Below, piece by piece: positions 63,281-64,000 of a stretch of DNA of 64,000 nt. The notes under the pieces are model-generated. The model did not search any database. It was not told the origin of the DNA and worked only from the letters and a program-made list of their open reading frames with translations. The position numbers and the translations under genes are program-made. The DNA lies in contig CAVRDW010000001.1 of assembly GCA_963719995.1 (NCBI GenBank), positions 259,770 through 323,769 of the forward strand. The letters are read 5' to 3'. This DNA is from an uncultured beta proteobacterium (GTDB lineage: Bacteria > Pseudomonadota > Gammaproteobacteria > Burkholderiales > SG8-39). Within the stretch, counting starts at the first letter, position 1; every line of letters starts with the position of its first letter.

Positions 63281-63733
63281 ATGCGCCAAGTCATTGTGGC
63301 AGCGGCAGTTGCAGCAGCGCTCACGGCGGCGACGCCCGCACTGGCAAACGATGTCGGGCAGGTGAAGACGGCCAAGGGGAGCGTGCACGTCGAGCGCGAG
63401 GGCAAGCGCCTTCCCGCCAGCGTCGGCATGCCGATCCGCCAGGCCGACGCCCTGGTGACCGGCGCGGACGGCGCCGTCGGGGTGACGTTCACCGATAACA
63501 GCCTGCTGTCCACGGGCCCCAACAGCGTGCTGGTGGTGGACCGGTACGACTTCGACAGCACGACGCACGCGGGCCGTTTCGACACCTCGCTGAAGAAGGG
63601 GACGCTGGCCGTCGTGTCCGGGAAGATGGTGAAGCAGTCGCCCGACGCGATGAAGGTGCGCACGCCGGCGGCGATCATGGGCGTGCGCGGCACGGAATTC
63701 GTCGTGCAGGTGGAAGAGCCGGCGAAGAAATAG
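63281..63733 (+). CDS. FecR-domain secreted protein
   Basis: ORF 63233-63733. ATG 63281 after GGGAGG. Signal peptide MRQVIVAAAVAAALTAATPALA. VGQVKTAKGSVHVEREGKRLPASVGMPIRQADALVTGADGAVGVTFTDNS is FecR-like. Confidence 0.75.
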   Translation: MRQVIVAAAVAAALTAATPALANDVGQVKTAKGSVHVEREGKRLPASVGMPIRQADALVTGADGAVGVTFTDNSLLSTGPNSVLVVDRYDFDSTTHAGRFDTSLKKGTLAVVSGKMVKQSPDAMKVRTPAAIMGVRGTEFVVQVEEPAKK

Positions 63734-63736
63734 ACG

Positions 63737-64000
63737 ATGGGGGTCGTGATCGCCGCGCTGGTGACGGCGCTCATGATCTATTCGCACCAGTTGCCGGTCG
63801 GCGACGAACTGGTGGTGGTGCTTCCCGGACCCGACGGCAAGGTGGGGACCGTCGTGGTGGAACGAGGCGGGGAGACGGTGGTCCTCAACCAGGCCTATGC
63901 CGCGAGCCGCATCGTAAACGGCAGTGCGCCCCAAGCTCAGCGCCTCACGGATAGCCAGGTTCGCCAGGAGTTCGGTCCCCTGCTCATGGCGCTGCCTGGC
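63737..64000 (+). CDS. hypothetical membrane-anchored protein, N-terminal part (runs off the right edge)
   Basis: Own translation from ATG 63737: MGVVIAALVTALMIYSHQLPVGDELVVVLPGPDGKVGTVVVERGGETVVLNQAYAASRI.... Open to 64000. Proteins with this N-terminus that I recall continue into OmpA-like domains, but I cannot confirm that here. Confidence 0.5.
   Translation, partial: MGVVIAALVTALMIYSHQLPVGDELVVVLPGPDGKVGTVVVERGGETVVLNQAYAASRIVNGSAPQAQRLTDSQVRQEFGPLLMALPG

Overview
High-GC (roughly 68-70% by eye) proteobacterial chromosome segment. The gene order is the betaproteobacterial (Burkholderiales/Rhodocyclales-like) core pattern: yceD-rpmF-plsX-fabH-fabD-fabG-acpP-fabF, rpoE-rseA-rseB-degP-like-lepA-lepB-rnc-era-recO-pdxJ-acpS-nagZ, rne divergent from rluC, and uvrB/uvrC/efp/pgsA. 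I can support about 70 protein genes and 4 tRNAs (Asn; Gly-Cys-Leu cluster). The largest gene is a roughly 8.7 kb cyclic beta-1,2-glucan synthase (ndvB-like), followed on the same strand by a run of small stress-type genes, two of which are too short for the supplied ORF track. An accessory-looking block at about 21.1-30.7 kb is rich in regulators and envelope proteins: three Crp/Fnr paralogues (a fourth lies at 0.5 kb), a hybrid sensor kinase, a REC-PAS regulator, BON, PagP-like and OmpA-like proteins, and a truncated PLD. Other features are three copies of a TA-flanked MITE-like hairpin element and a low-GC 2.4 kb insert after tRNA-Leu. That insert is bounded by a 14-bp repeat of the tRNA 3' end and carries only a tandem-FN3 secreted protein. 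A major caveat is that many essential genes (fab cluster, uvrB, uvrC, lepA, efp, rpoE, ndvB and others) are broken by single-base frame changes. These cluster in blocks while other long stretches are clean, which I read as a sequence-quality artefact rather than biology. I found no CRISPR array, integrase, transposase, recognisable defence genes or discrete novel multi-gene system. The findings below are the best leads and are scored modestly.
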